A DNA stretch of 63,768 bases, filler included, from Trichomonas gallinae (lineage: Eukaryota), in the NCBI GenBank assembly GCA_008369845.1. It is 7 parts of 7 records of this genome, joined end to end, with 100 filler letters (N's around TTAATTAATTAA, not from the genome) between each part and the next. Parts side by side here need not be neighbours in the genome. Positions count along the whole stretch, not along the records: positions 49,891 to 58,051 come from MRSU01000768.1; positions 58,152 to 62,341 come from MRSU01000769.1; positions 62,442 to 63,768 come from MRSU01000832.1; 4 more parts are not named here. One strand, 5' to 3'. A program made the translations under genes and the position numbers. Positions within the stretch are counted from its first letter, which is position 1; every line of letters starts with the position of its first letter. This document shows positions 52,206 through 63,768 of this stretch, piece by piece. The notes under the pieces were generated by a model, which had not been told where the DNA came from, searched no databases, and was given only the letters and a program-made list of their open reading frames with translations.

Positions 52206-53579
52206 GGTGAATTACATTATTTTATAATGATGAGTATATAAAAATGACAAAAAAATTGATTTACATTTTGAAAACTAATTTTCGAAAAAAATGATTTGGT
52301 TAATTGGATGGTAAATTTATCTGTATTATTATGTGAATATTGATTTTTTTGCAAAATTTGGAAAAATTTCTCAAATTCGATAATTGCCCATAATCATTCA
52401 TAGTTGATAATAATTAAATATCAGACTTAAATCAATTTGTTCGATGATTTTTCTCAATATTTGTTCAAATTTTGAATGGTTTATAATTCCCTTTTATTTG
52501 GCTACATCTGTAATATCATATAATAGTTTAAAATAATATCTAATTAAAATTTGAAGGGGTTGTAACCAACACAACATCAAAAAATGGAAAAATCATGGCA
52601 AAAATTGTTTTCGTTGGAGATTTAGATTATATACATTATTCTGATTTGATATTTAATATTTTTTGGATATAATAGCAAATGAGCGGAATTTCTTGTTGAA
52701 TCCGATCTATAAATAATGGCTATCACGAATATTCAGTCAGCTTTTGTCCTCTTTGTCTCAAATTGATTTCGATGGTAACAAATTTTATATGCAGTCGTTT
52801 TGTTTGTGTTTCCTCTGGCCATGGATGTATTCATGAGCGAGCATCATATTCGCTCAAGACATGGCTATTCAAACAATATTGCTTCTGACTACTATCAATA
52901 TTGGACCTTGAGATTATCAGCAATAGGTACTTGTTGTATGCTGAATGCTATATTCAGTTGCGATTTTCGTTAATTGTTTAAAAGAAGATGTAATATTTGT
53001 ATCGCACAACCAAATTATAAATAGTGACTAAAATCATATAGTACATGTGGAATGTCACTATTTTACAATCATCTCAATGATCAACAACAAAATCAAATGA
53101 CAAAAATTGAAATATCTTCTAAAAAAAAAGATCTCAAATTCATGCTATGTCATCAATTAGTTGTACAGATACATCATCTTGATCCTTGAGTAAGATCAAA
53201 GTAATTTGCAACAATGTCAAATAATAATTTACATGACAAAATGTCAAATAATTATATCGAATTTCCTCGGGAGAATTTTCATTAAGACAAAGTTCTCATT
53301 TCAAAGGCAAGAGAATTATTTGTGAATCAAAAACATAGTATATAAGTTTCGTCATCACATATATTACTCTCAGCTGAAGATTCAATTATTTTGCAAAAAA
53401 AATTATTTGATATAAATTTGATCTCGTTAGATTTGAGAAATTGAATAAGCATATTCATAATGCTCTTATGAAACTCTTAGATATCATAAGGATACAGCCT
53501 ATAACATGGGATAATACTCTGGCAAAATACTACCTATAACTAGACGCTATATTTTTTGAGAAATGATTTCTATTCGAAT

Positions 53580-54977
53580 TTAGGTCTCAATTTTTGCAAG
53601 AAATAGATGCGCAAGATCGAAGCATTTTGAATCATCTTCTTCAGCCAGCTCTTCAATAATATCTCTGTTGATTTCGTTGACTATGAGGTTGGCTGATTTA
53701 AGTAAGTGTGAATTTTCAATTAAAGCTAAATCTAAAATTCTTATGAAAGAATTCAAAAGAGAATATTGAAGATTCTCGTTTTCATTTTCAAACAGTATCA
53801 ACAAAGGCTTGACGATTGAATAATTACTAAAAATATAATCAACGATTTCAAGATTTCCAGAGCAAATCATTTTTGAAAGCGCTATTGCTGCTTTTACTTG
53901 TACATCAGCTGCTTGATCTTTGATTAAGTTGATGAGTTGCGAAACAATGCCGCAATAACCAAAACTTGAATGCAATTCTGTAAATGTTAGATAAATAGCG
54001 ATAATATCGCATGCAATGCATATATTTTCAATATTAGCGTTTTCTCCACGCTTTACTAGGTGTTTTTGTATATTTTCTTGAAGCATTTCCAAATTGAAGT
54101 AATTTGGATTCTCCAAACTAACTAAATAGACTATTTTGAGTGTACAATTGCATACTTCGCTGTTTCTATTCTTCAATAGTAATAATAAAGATTGCTCTTC
54201 ATCAATACTTGAGATTTGCTCAATAAAATCTGAAATATTTGCTCTTGCAAGTGAATACAAAAGGACTAGACTTTGGTAAATGAGCTGATCCATTGTGTTA
54301 TCCTTAATGAACGTGAAACATCTTTGGTAAAGATAAAAAATGAAATCAATTGGAAAAACTTCTGGTTTTCTTTCGAAGAAAACTGAATAAAAGGAAAGGA
54401 ATTTTGACTCAACATTGGCTAATTCAGCATCTTTACTTTGTAAAGCTTGTTCACCAAAGTTTGTTTCTATTGAAGATATTTTAGAAACAAAATCATTTTT
54501 TGCAATATACCCTACAATTGATTCAAACTGTGATATTGTATATATTAGTGTGGATGTGCATGCATCTAAGATACTTAGATTGCTTGTTGACCAAATTAGT
54601 GTTAAAAAATCGTCGAAAATAGTTTTTTGAAATATTTCAAGCAGATTCATCGACATTGTGATATTTTTCAGTAATACATCAACTAATTCTATAATATATA
54701 CAACTTTCTCAGGAATAGTTTCTGTTATTAGAATCACATGAATAAGTTCAGCTAAATTCTGGTTCCTAATACATAATTCTGGAACACCTTTTTCACTGCC
54801 GATAAATTTTGTTAATTCATTATATGCAGCGGAAAATTGATCAAAATAATCAGTATTTAAACAATTAATCAGCGAATTAAAGTTCTCTGGATCATATAAT
54901 GACGTATTAGCACTAATTTGCGCATTGTTATTTTCTTCAACATTAGGATCTACATCATTTGCTTCCTTAAAAAACAT
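53580..54977 (-). CDS. ARM/HEAT-repeat (importin-alpha-like C-terminus) protein, 465 aa
   Basis: Leu/Ile-rich helical repeats such as GIVSQLINLIKDQAADVQVKAAIALSKMI. Inr-like TCATT upstream. Confidence 0.75.
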   Translation of the reverse strand: MFFKEANDVDPNVEENNNAQISANTSLYDPENFNSLINCLNTDYFDQFSAAYNELTKFIGSEKGVPELCIRNQNLAELIHVILITETIPEKVVYIIELVDVLLKNITMSMNLLEIFQKTIFDDFLTLIWSTSNLSILDACTSTLIYTISQFESIVGYIAKNDFVSKISSIETNFGEQALQSKDAELANVESKFLSFYSVFFERKPEVFPIDFIFYLYQRCFTFIKDNTMDQLIYQSLVLLYSLARANISDFIEQISSIDEEQSLLLLLKNRNSEVCNCTLKIVYLVSLENPNYFNLEMLQENIQKHLVKRGENANIENICIACDIIAIYLTFTELHSSFGYCGIVSQLINLIKDQAADVQVKAAIALSKMICSGNLEIVDYIFSNYSIVKPLLILFENENENLQYSLLNSFIRILDLALIENSHLLKSANLIVNEINRDIIEELAEEDDSKCFDLAHLFLAKIET

Positions 54978-55107
54978 TCTGACAATGAGTCAAATTATTG
55001 ATTTTACATGACAATACTTGAATTTACTTGTTAAAAAGAGTATTTTCTGTATTTTACATGACAAAAATATATTTTTGTCTGATAAATTTGTCAAAAGCTA
55101 ATTTATT

Positions 55108-55700
55108 TGTCAAAAATAAATTCTACTGGTGATTTTAGAGATGCCCTTTCTATTATTATTCCACCAGCGAATTTACTGACATCTGAGGTAGTTAGATCAT
55201 TTTTCAGTGAATTTGCCGAAATTTTAGCATATAATTTCGAAGAAATGGAAAATATATAATGCAATAAGCGTCGCACCAGCAAAGGCCGTAGAGTATAGAA
55301 ATTGATTCGAAGTTTATGGATCAAAATTACTTGTAATTAAAAATAAAGAATATCTAAAATCCAAAATCTCAAACCAGAAAAGTTACCAATACAAAATCAA
55401 CGTTTTTCTGGTGATTCAAATGATCCCGATGCCTCGTACAGTGAGGATTTTGAAGATATTTGACCATTTTCAAAAATCGCCCTAAATCTTCCACCAGCTA
55501 TAAAACCAATAATTCTTACAGCCAAAAATGATCACAAGCCTGCATAAAATGAATTATCAAAAGAAGATACTAACTCAGCAGATATTGACTCAATAAGTCA
55601 ATAAAAAGCAGAAAGTAACGGCGATTCATCATCATATTCATCATATACAAGAAACCATAGACATAGTTACCACCATCATTATCGTCATCACAGACTTTAA
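55108..55700 (+). pseudogene. Pseudogene with RRM-like start and His/Arg-rich tail
   Basis: TSEVVRSFFSEFAEI resembles RRM helix 1. The downstream frame PEKLPIQ...EDI*PF...KPA*NE...SQ*KAES...RNHRHSYHHHYRHHRL* has several in-frame stops. Confidence 0.6.
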
Positions 55701-56223
55701 AAATTTACTTTGCATTTTTTAATGTGTTTTACTTGTTTTGTTTTAGATAAATAATATATGTATACAGTTGATTTATAATGTGTATTTAATTCTATCAATA
55801 ACCAATTCTATCTTATTTTAATATGCAAAATCTCACCTTGTACTATGTTCTATCAAAAAATAATTATTGAAATATAATTGCAAACTATTTTAATATCATT
55901 CGGCTGATTTGGTTTTTCATTTTAATGAAGTATTTTAGAGCTAGAAAAATAATAATCAAAAAATACCATATTTAAAGATTTATTTCATTAAATATCCAAA
56001 ATCTTGAAAATGATTTTTTTCAAAAATCGACAATTAGCCAATAGATTTATTTCCATGAGAGCTATCTATGTTGAAAGAATCAAAGCCTAATGACTAAAAA
56101 TAATATTTTGATAAAAAATATCTTTGATTTTAGGCAATAGTTTATAGAGAGAATATGAATAATTTTAGAAAATAATATTCTATTTACATACAAACAAAAC
56201 AAAACAAAAAAATATAAAAAATT

Positions 56224-57510
56224 TCAATTGGTGAATTGAACAACTAAAGCATCGCATTGTATATTGGCTGCTGTAGCCGTCGCCTTGTCATATTCAAGTA
56301 CTCCAGACAATCCTGTCGCAGGACTAAATTCGACAGCTAAAGCAAATGTTTCCTGCGGCGAAGGCAAGTCCGAAGCTACAAGCGTAAGCATAAAGAGTCC
56401 GAAAATTGACTCAAAGGCTGAAGAAGTATCAAAATCTGAAACTTTTGCGGCATATTTTTTGAGAATAAGCAAAGCATTGTGAATAATCAGTAAAATATCG
56501 AGCGGAGATGTAATAAATGCTGCTGTTGTTAGAATTTGAGCAGCTTGTTGAATTTCGGGGATATTTTTCGCTACAGTTCGAGGATGATCATTCGGCGAGT
56601 ATCCTTGAAGTAAGTTCATTGGTGCTCCAATAGCAGAGAGAGTTAATTTCGAATCGATATTTCTGAATTTTGTATCTGTCGGATATTTAAAGAATTTAAC
56701 GTTTGTTGGATAAGCTTTGTTGAAAATTATTCTAAAGAATGCGATAGAAAATATGAAAACCTCATCATGGGTTTTTAATTTCAAATGTTTCAGTATTTTG
56801 TTCATAAGACTTAAAACATCGTTAACGAATGATTTAGGAATCTTATATTTCGTTGCGTTACATAAATCTTGAAATTCTTGGCAAAAATAAAAAGGCGGAT
56901 AATTAAAAATTTGCTCTAATTCTTCTTGAAGTTCAGAATCGGTAAAAGTTGATAGAGATCTATCTACATTTTGTATCATTCGCTTTAAAATGTTGATTAT
57001 TTCATTGTCTATGCTATTATTATCTATTAATTGCGAATGTATTGAGAGTTGTGCGACTGTAAAACTGTCTTTTGATGAAATTCGAATAGCTTGTATATTA
57101 TCTGCTAACAAATTCCATTGAATGTTTGTTTTGCTAAATGAAAATCTGAAAGATTGTTTTTTCGATATTTCTATTAGAATATCAATAAGTTCATCCATCT
57201 TCTCTATCGATTGTTTGAAACTTTTACATCTTTCTCGGTATAATTTGTCTTGAAGATAAAAATGTTGATGAATTAAATAAAGCGCGTGCGAGGGTAAAAA
57301 TTGCGGAAGTGGAGGCAGCATAGGTTTCTCAGGGTGGCTGGGTACAATAAAATAATTGTAAAAATGTGTTAAATCTCCAAGTGTTGTTATTATGTTGTTT
57401 TTATCTTCGTCGTTTTGGCCACCATCATGAGGGCTCATGATGATACAGTTGCTGAACTCTTTGTGAGTGGCAAGAAATTTATTCAATTGCGCATACAAAG
57501 AGTCAGACAT
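56224..57510 (-). CDS. VPS9-like domain protein (putative Rab GEF, divergent), 428 aa
   Basis: C-terminal AAQILTTAAFITSPLDILLII...AFESIFGLFMLTLV...SGVLEYDKATATAA follows the VPS9 helix pattern. Confidence 0.6.
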   Translation of the reverse strand: MSDSLYAQLNKFLATHKEFSNCIIMSPHDGGQNDEDKNNIITTLGDLTHFYNYFIVPSHPEKPMLPPLPQFLPSHALYLIHQHFYLQDKLYRERCKSFKQSIEKMDELIDILIEISKKQSFRFSFSKTNIQWNLLADNIQAIRISSKDSFTVAQLSIHSQLIDNNSIDNEIINILKRMIQNVDRSLSTFTDSELQEELEQIFNYPPFYFCQEFQDLCNATKYKIPKSFVNDVLSLMNKILKHLKLKTHDEVFIFSIAFFRIIFNKAYPTNVKFFKYPTDTKFRNIDSKLTLSAIGAPMNLLQGYSPNDHPRTVAKNIPEIQQAAQILTTAAFITSPLDILLIIHNALLILKKYAAKVSDFDTSSAFESIFGLFMLTLVASDLPSPQETFALAVEFSPATGLSGVLEYDKATATAANIQCDALVVQFTN

Positions 57511-58051
57511 TTTTTTTTCTTATGATCGGAGTTTTATATTTTTGTTAATATCGCGGTATATATTGAATTCTTGCATCCTTACAAATACATATTCAACAGT
57601 ATTTATAGGAAATGTCTCTTATTTCAGATCTTATAATAAATTTCCTGTTTTACGACAAATTTGATACATAGATAATACATAGATCACAAAAATCATAATA
57701 TTTTGTTTTAAAATTAAAAATAACAATTTTTCATTTGGACAAAGATGGCTTCAGACTAGAATATATCATTTATCTCATTCTTTGCATTATATATTTTTAA
57801 AGTCAATGCACGGAGACTTGAAAATTTTGTAATTATTTATTTTGCAAAACAATTATTGCATTATTCAGATAACTTACATTACTAATATCATAAATACGAA
57901 GTTAATTATGTGAGTAAATTTACGCGACAAATAATTGTATTTTTTTTTCTTCAAAAAATTTATCCATGGAAAAAGAAGTGTTTCAACTCGCTTTCTGGCT
58001 TTGTAATAGGATTTGAGATCTCAAAGTTATAAAGTATCATTTTTATGTCCA

Positions 58052-58151
58052 NNNNNNNNNNNNNNNNNNNNNNNNNNNNNNNNNNNNNNNNNNNNTTAAT
58101 TAATTAANNNNNNNNNNNNNNNNNNNNNNNNNNNNNNNNNNNNNNNNNNNN
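58052..58151. other. Artificial contig linker
   Basis: N44-TTAATTAATTAA-N44. Confidence 0.98.
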
Positions 58152-58957
58152 AGCATTTTAAAATCTAGTTTACAAAAATACGTTATTAAAAACAATGCTA
58201 TATAGAAGGAATTAAAGTAGATCCTAATAAAGCTAATATAGTGTGTATCAAAAATCTATCAAGGATTAATGAAAAGACCGAATTCAAAAATATGAAGATA
58301 GGGAATATTCTGCTAAGAGTGATTGTGTACTAGCTATTCTGCATTTTTTCAAGAAATGCTCGAGTATGAACAAATTTTAACATGATTTTTAAAAAATTCA
58401 AAATATCTAAACATATATCTGAAGTAGAATCTTTGAGTCAAAGCAATATATCATATCATATTGTTTAGAGTTATATCATCATAGATATATAATTCTATCT
58501 TTAATATATATTCAGATAACATTTCAAAACAGGGTATGCTTAAACTTTAGAAACAATTCGTTCTCAAATAAGCATTACGTAGCTATTATAGTATCTAATC
58601 CATTAATTAAAATTCTTCTAATATTGTCTATTTTAATAAAAATATCATTATATAAAAATTTACAAAATTTTCCTCATTTTTACCGCTTGTCAGAAAAGTG
58701 AGAAAGTTCTCAAAAATTAGACCTTCTCTTCCTGATATTTTGGTATATTATATCATATGCAGCATGCCATTCGTAAAATGTCAAAAACGTTTTTGGGAAT
58801 TTTCGACCTTTCTAATTAGTATATTCATAAATCACACATATCACCAATTCTAATTATCACAAAATTAGTTCGAAATTCTCAAAAAATCCAGTTAAAACAC
58901 TTCTATTATTTTAAAAAATCAAAAAATGTGAAATAAAATAGTCAAAATTAAATCTGT

Positions 58958-59395
58958 TTACATATTTGTGCCGAATTGAACATCGCCGCGAATGTTGAGG
59001 CGCTCAGCAATGAACTCTGGTGTAAGTTCTTCAACTGAATTGACGTCGCATGAGTTAGAGACAAGTTTGATGACGCCAAGTACATCACCTCTGTGGCCTG
59101 AAAGCTTTGAACGCTGGACGATCTTGACTTTTTCGCCGCAGAATGTGATGAAAACGAATTTTGTGCGGATCCCGAGTTCATCGCGAGCTGTGCAGCGGAG
59201 ATAGCCGAATCCGCGGAAGTTTTCGTTCAAATGTGTCTTCATTTCGTTGAGGCCACCAGATCCTTTTCCAACTAGTGTCCAGACTTTCTCGGATCCTTCC
59301 TTGTATGTAATGAGCATCCAGTTTGTGGCGCCGCCTTCCTTGTGGACTTCGTCGTAGGCCTCGTGGATGGCTGGTTCGGAGAGATCAGTCGTCAT
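58958..59395 (-). CDS. Coactosin-like ADF-H actin-binding protein
   Basis: AYDEV...TNWMLITY...GSGGLNEM...FGYLR...RTKFVFITFCGEKV matches the coactosin/drebrin ADF-H pattern. Confidence 0.9.
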   Translation of the reverse strand: MTTDLSEPAIHEAYDEVHKEGGATNWMLITYKEGSEKVWTLVGKGSGGLNEMKTHLNENFRGFGYLRCTARDELGIRTKFVFITFCGEKVKIVQRSKLSGHRGDVLGVIKLVSNSCDVNSVEELTPEFIAERLNIRGDVQFGTNM

Positions 59396-60522
59396 TTGTG
59401 AACTGAAAATAAAATCAAATCAAAAAATTTTCGATATCACAAAGAAAAATCTTCTATATCTTATTAGTAAATGAAATTACAAAAATGGACAATTTAACAT
59501 CGCATCACTTTTCTATAAACACCTCACTTCTGTCTATGATAACACATCATATGGAGTCTATTATAAAAATATGCTTATTAATATAAAAATGTTGATACTA
59601 TCGAAATTTGATCGAATAAAATCAGTTTACATGTCAAGTTTTACATGTAAAATGGCATCGTTTCTTTAAAAGCTGATACTATCAGATAAAGTATCAAAGC
59701 GTAGTCTCCATTGGTACTAATGTTATTGTATATATTGCGAGTGATTTGGAGTGTGAATCAATAATAAGAAATTTTCAAATCAAGATCCTACTGTTGAAAA
59801 ATCATGGCGCTTTGAAGTTAGGTCCTATATATTGCATTTTTCTTATTTAGGATGCTTGAATCAAATCATTTGGTTATTTCATATATTCTTTTTTACATTT
59901 TTGATAAATATGAGAAAATATACATGAATATCTTATCAGCAACATCTTTATAAAAAACACATTAAAATTGATTGTACCAGTCTGAGTAGGAGGTGATTTC
60001 GATTTTTCAGATTTGACGAAAACTGGAATTGCTCTTTGATTTATGGTTTTAAGGGAGGAAATAGACTGCTTGTAGTAATGATGAGAAATGGTATTCACTC
60101 GGAGCTTTATGTAACAGATATAGTTTTTGATGCAAAATAATGATTAAACTTTACAGAAAAATAATTATTCATTTATCTAGGTCTATCTAATCGAAATATG
60201 AAAAATGAAGCATTTTTTGCCGACTGGATTTTGACATGTTTACATGTATTTAAATCAGGATATTTTGACAACTTTACAATATTACATTCTTTCGTTTTTA
60301 TAATAGTTTAAACTATATGGATTTAGAATATTGTATTTCCAATATTGAGATATATTGAAATATCTCCATTCAATAAAAAAGTTTTGTAAAAAGTGTTTTA
60401 TAATAGAAATATGATGCTAACATGTGACTTTCTCATTGAATGGCTCTGAATTTTAAGATGAAAATAATCGTTCACTCATGAAGTGTTTTCACGATATCTG
60501 AAAAACTAGTTATTATATTAAA

Positions 60523-61695
60523 ATGGGCTGTAACTTCTCTGAGCCTGATGATAAAGGGTCAAAGCCAACCAACCAAGGTTCCTCAGGAGCCAATGGTAGC
60601 AATCAAGCAGGCCAGGCAAGTACAAATATGGTTAGAGGAGATGGAAAATTCTGTGTTCCAACGGGAAAGCCAACAAAGAAAATTAATATCACACCGAAGA
60701 GAGCTGTCGGAGTTAATACAGCTGGCGATGATGATGCATTTAAGATTTGCATTGTCGGTGCAGGCGAATCAGGCAAAACAACATTTTCTCGAAATTTGCT
60801 GCTTAATTATCTCGGAGGCATGGATCAGAAAGAAAGGAAGGCCGAAATCGTAACAATCAGAGGAAATATGATTGATGCTATCAAGGATCTTGTTAAATTC
60901 GTTGAAAGTCAGGGCATGTCGAGTCAATTACCAGAAGAACTTGAAGAATTCACGCAAGAATTGCTTGATATGGATGCTTTCGATACCGATTTTAGCGAAG
61001 TTGCCACTAATCTCAAAGAACTTTGGCGCTGTGATGTAATTCAACAAGCATATGACAGCCCAGAGCAAGTTGTCGTCCCAGATAATATGGAATATTTCTT
61101 CGAGAAAATTTCGGAAATCGCAAAGCCAGACTACATGCCAACAGATGGCGATCTCTTGAGAGTTCGTATCAGAACAATTGGTATCAGGCCAATGGTTTTC
61201 GATTTAGAAGGTGCAAGATTCCAATTAACAGATGTTGGCGGTCAACTCTGCGAGCGTAAGAACTGGCAGGCTGTTCTTGATGGCACTGAAGCTATAATGT
61301 TTGCTTTCTCTCTTGCTGAGTTTGATCGCAAAATGTTTGAGAAGCCAGATGAACTTAGAATTCAAGACTCTTTGAACCTCTTTGAGGCAACAGTTAACGG
61401 ATCATCATGCAATCAATGCCCTGTTTACCTTATTTGCAATAAATACGATAAATTCTCAGAAAGAGTTAAGAAATCGGACGCTTTCGGAGCAGCTTTTCCA
61501 GATTTTGGAGGTAATATCCACGATCCTGTTGCTGCTTCACAGTACTTGGTCAAAATGTTCCAAGATAAAATGCAGAATATTGAAGGAACGCATACATTCC
61601 AAGCATACAACATGTCAGCTATTGATGCGCAATCAGTTATTAAAGTCGCGGAAGCTGTGTTTGAAGACCTTAATAGAAGATTCTTCTGCGACTAA
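60523..61695 (+). CDS. Heterotrimeric G-protein alpha subunit
   Basis: MGC lipidation start, GAGESGKTT, RIRT, DVGGQ, NKYD and SAID motifs. Confidence 0.96.
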   Translation: MGCNFSEPDDKGSKPTNQGSSGANGSNQAGQASTNMVRGDGKFCVPTGKPTKKINITPKRAVGVNTAGDDDAFKICIVGAGESGKTTFSRNLLLNYLGGMDQKERKAEIVTIRGNMIDAIKDLVKFVESQGMSSQLPEELEEFTQELLDMDAFDTDFSEVATNLKELWRCDVIQQAYDSPEQVVVPDNMEYFFEKISEIAKPDYMPTDGDLLRVRIRTIGIRPMVFDLEGARFQLTDVGGQLCERKNWQAVLDGTEAIMFAFSLAEFDRKMFEKPDELRIQDSLNLFEATVNGSSCNQCPVYLICNKYDKFSERVKKSDAFGAAFPDFGGNIHDPVAASQYLVKMFQDKMQNIEGTHTFQAYNMSAIDAQSVIKVAEAVFEDLNRRFFCD

Positions 61696-62276
61696 AATTC
61701 AACAAAAATATATACGGGCGTGCTTTTCCATGGGATAATATTGCTTAAATTTTACTGTTTTCACTCTAATAGATGCAATTTTATGGATTATTATTTGATT
61801 ATAATTAAATATTGTGAAATGTAATGTCATAATAGTAGTTTGAATATTATATGCATAAAAGATTAACGTGCAAATCTGATATGTTGGTTTTAATTATATT
61901 GATATTGAGTTTCAAATAAAACATCAACTTATAATTAAAATTTACCAAACTGCATTTGCGCAAGTCTATATGTATCAAATGCACAATATACGAGTTTGTC
62001 TAAAATATAAAAAATTACCAACGAAAAGAAATGAATTAGTTAGGAGTTCAGTACAGAGCAATGATTTACCCTCTATTTTAACAGCAAAACAAAAACTGGA
62101 TTTAAATAATAGCCTTTATAGATTGTTTCTCAATATTTAAGACTGCAACAAAGTATGTAAGTTAATGGACAGTATCATACTTTAAAGTCCTTGGAAATGC
62201 TATGAGTATGTTATACGTAATCATATGAATGATTAAATGTTAGATTAATAAAGCAGGAAAAGAAAAAGGAAAAAAT

Positions 62277-62341
62277 CTCCTCCCGTGTGGATCGAACACA
62301 CGACTTCCAGATTAACAGTCTGACACTCTAACCAACTGAGT
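62277..62341 (-). tRNA. tRNA-Asn(GTT), about 9 nt of the 5' end lost at the contig edge
   Basis: D arm ACTC-AGTTGGTTA-GAGT, anticodon arm TCAGA-CTGTTAA-TCTGG, T arm GTGTG-TTCGATC-CACAC, acceptor 3' strand GGGAGGA plus G. Followed by a T-run (Pol III terminator). Confidence 0.95.
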
Positions 62342-62441
62342 NNNNNNNNNNNNNNNNNNNNNNNNNNNNNNNNNNNNNNNNNNNNTTAATTAATTAANNN
62401 NNNNNNNNNNNNNNNNNNNNNNNNNNNNNNNNNNNNNNNNN
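62342..62441. other. Artificial contig linker
   Basis: N44-TTAATTAATTAA-N44. Confidence 0.98.
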
Positions 62442-63676
62442 TGAACTTTACGAATGACACTTTTAGAAATTCGAAGTAGAATGGCGAAGCCATTGTACTG
62501 CGAATTTCTTATTACTAACTACTGTCAAAAAACGTAAATAATCGCTTTTTAGCTTGGAAGCGATTACGACATCGAACGCTTGGAGAACATGCGAACAGTG
62601 CGCAGGAAGAACAATGAGGTGGATTCCAAATAGTTGCAGGAAATGTATTCCAAATGGTGCCAGGCGTGAGCTGTGACCGTCAACAACCAAAAAAAAATGG
62701 CTGATTGTAATATTCAGGGAAACGATGTCTCAAATTTTGAATATAGCTTACAAAAGCTATACAAAATAAATCAAACAATCTAACGTTTGTCCATCCTGAA
62801 TTTGAGCTAAAAAATAATGCATCTAAAATTTTCATTTCTGGAAATTCTGTTTGCAGATTCGGAACGATAAAAATAGGTGGCATTTTGTATACCAATGCAT
62901 TAAAACAGCACATTGCTGAAATATGAGTATCCTTTGGGTGAATAACCGTTACGTCATAAGCCGGATCGGATGTTAGGATTTTAAAGGTCTTTTTCGCACT
63001 GAGTCCCGTTTCATCCATATTAAAAATTAAAAATGGAGCAACGTTCGCGAAAAAAACATTAAAAAGTACTGATATAATTTTGTATTGCACTTATGTTACA
63101 ATGTATTCTACGTGCTAATTCGAGATTTGTAGATCTTTTTATGTAAAGACCGACTCTTTCGGCAAATTTTGTCAAATATGACGGACTGACATCAAAATTA
63201 TCGGAAAACTGACATTTTTCTGCCAATTTTGGACATTTCCATTGATACAGTCTATTTTGGGCTTCTTTGAGCATCTCTTTTCGTAAAGTGTAGATTAATT
63301 CTAAAACTTCGATTGTTTTTAAGCAGTCATTATTGTAAGCTCTTTCTGTTACGTAATTTTTGACGCGATTGACATGTAAATCTGATAAAATTGGCAGTCT
63401 TCCGCCAACCTTATGTGGAACCCATGGAAAGCCCATTGTGGAATGAACTAAGCACGTAATTATGTAGTCATCTTTTGCCAATCCTAAGTAGGTTCTAATG
63501 ATCCTGTAAGAGGCGTTGTTTGCCTTTGCAGTGACAATATATTTCTGAATTGATGAGAAAACAGCCATTTCGTCGAGGTAGAATTGAGGTGTGACTGTGA
63601 ATGCAGGCATTTCTTCGAAAGCCGACTTTTGTTCGTCACATAAGACAATGTCGTCACTAAAAAATTTGTTGTTCAA
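62442..63676 (-). mobile_element. pogo/Fot1-type (DDE_1) transposase, frameshifted and cut by the contig end
   Basis: Three consecutive ORFs give IFNMDETG, SNSGWTN, VVDGHSSR and LPAHCSHVLQAFD, the DDE_1 catalytic motifs. Confidence 0.9.
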
Positions 63677-63768
63677 AGAAGTGACGAGCTGTTCTGTACC
63701 GAAATGCGGAACGAAAAGTGACAGGTTTACATGTCAGATTTGACACGTAAAGTGTTCAAAAAGTGACA

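Overview
AT-rich, intron-poor eukaryotic DNA, almost certainly a trichomonad (Trichomonas vaginalis or a close relative). This is inferred from the gene families (transmembrane adenylyl cyclases, Pmp-like protein, UBA-Myb protein, GT61 expansion), the TCA(C/T)T initiator just upstream of several ATGs, and AAAGTGAC/CCTTT promoter motifs. The window is not one locus: seven contigs are joined by six artificial 100-nt linkers (N44-TTAATTAATTAA-N44), so gene order only means something within a contig. It holds about 24 protein genes, including a DZIP1-like protein, a DPD-like flavoprotein, a Rag-like GTPase, glycosyltransferases, eIF2A, two cyclase-family proteins, CDC40, 6PGD, coactosin and G-alpha. 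It also holds a 5'-truncated tRNA-Asn(GTT), a frameshifted pogo-type DDE transposase and several pseudogenes. Highlights: (1) a DPD homolog that keeps its flavin/Fe-S modules but has a gutted FMN/pyrimidine barrel; (2) an intact 1528-aa PAS-cyclase protein lacking the canonical catalytic residues; (3) a five-member glycosyltransferase cluster on one contig; (4) a triplicated gene 3' end that yields an intact 33-aa mini-ORF; (5) a recurrent intergenic TTTACATG(A/T)CA motif; (6) candidate structured ncRNAs and transposon ends. All family calls come from motif recognition by eye; no database searches were run.
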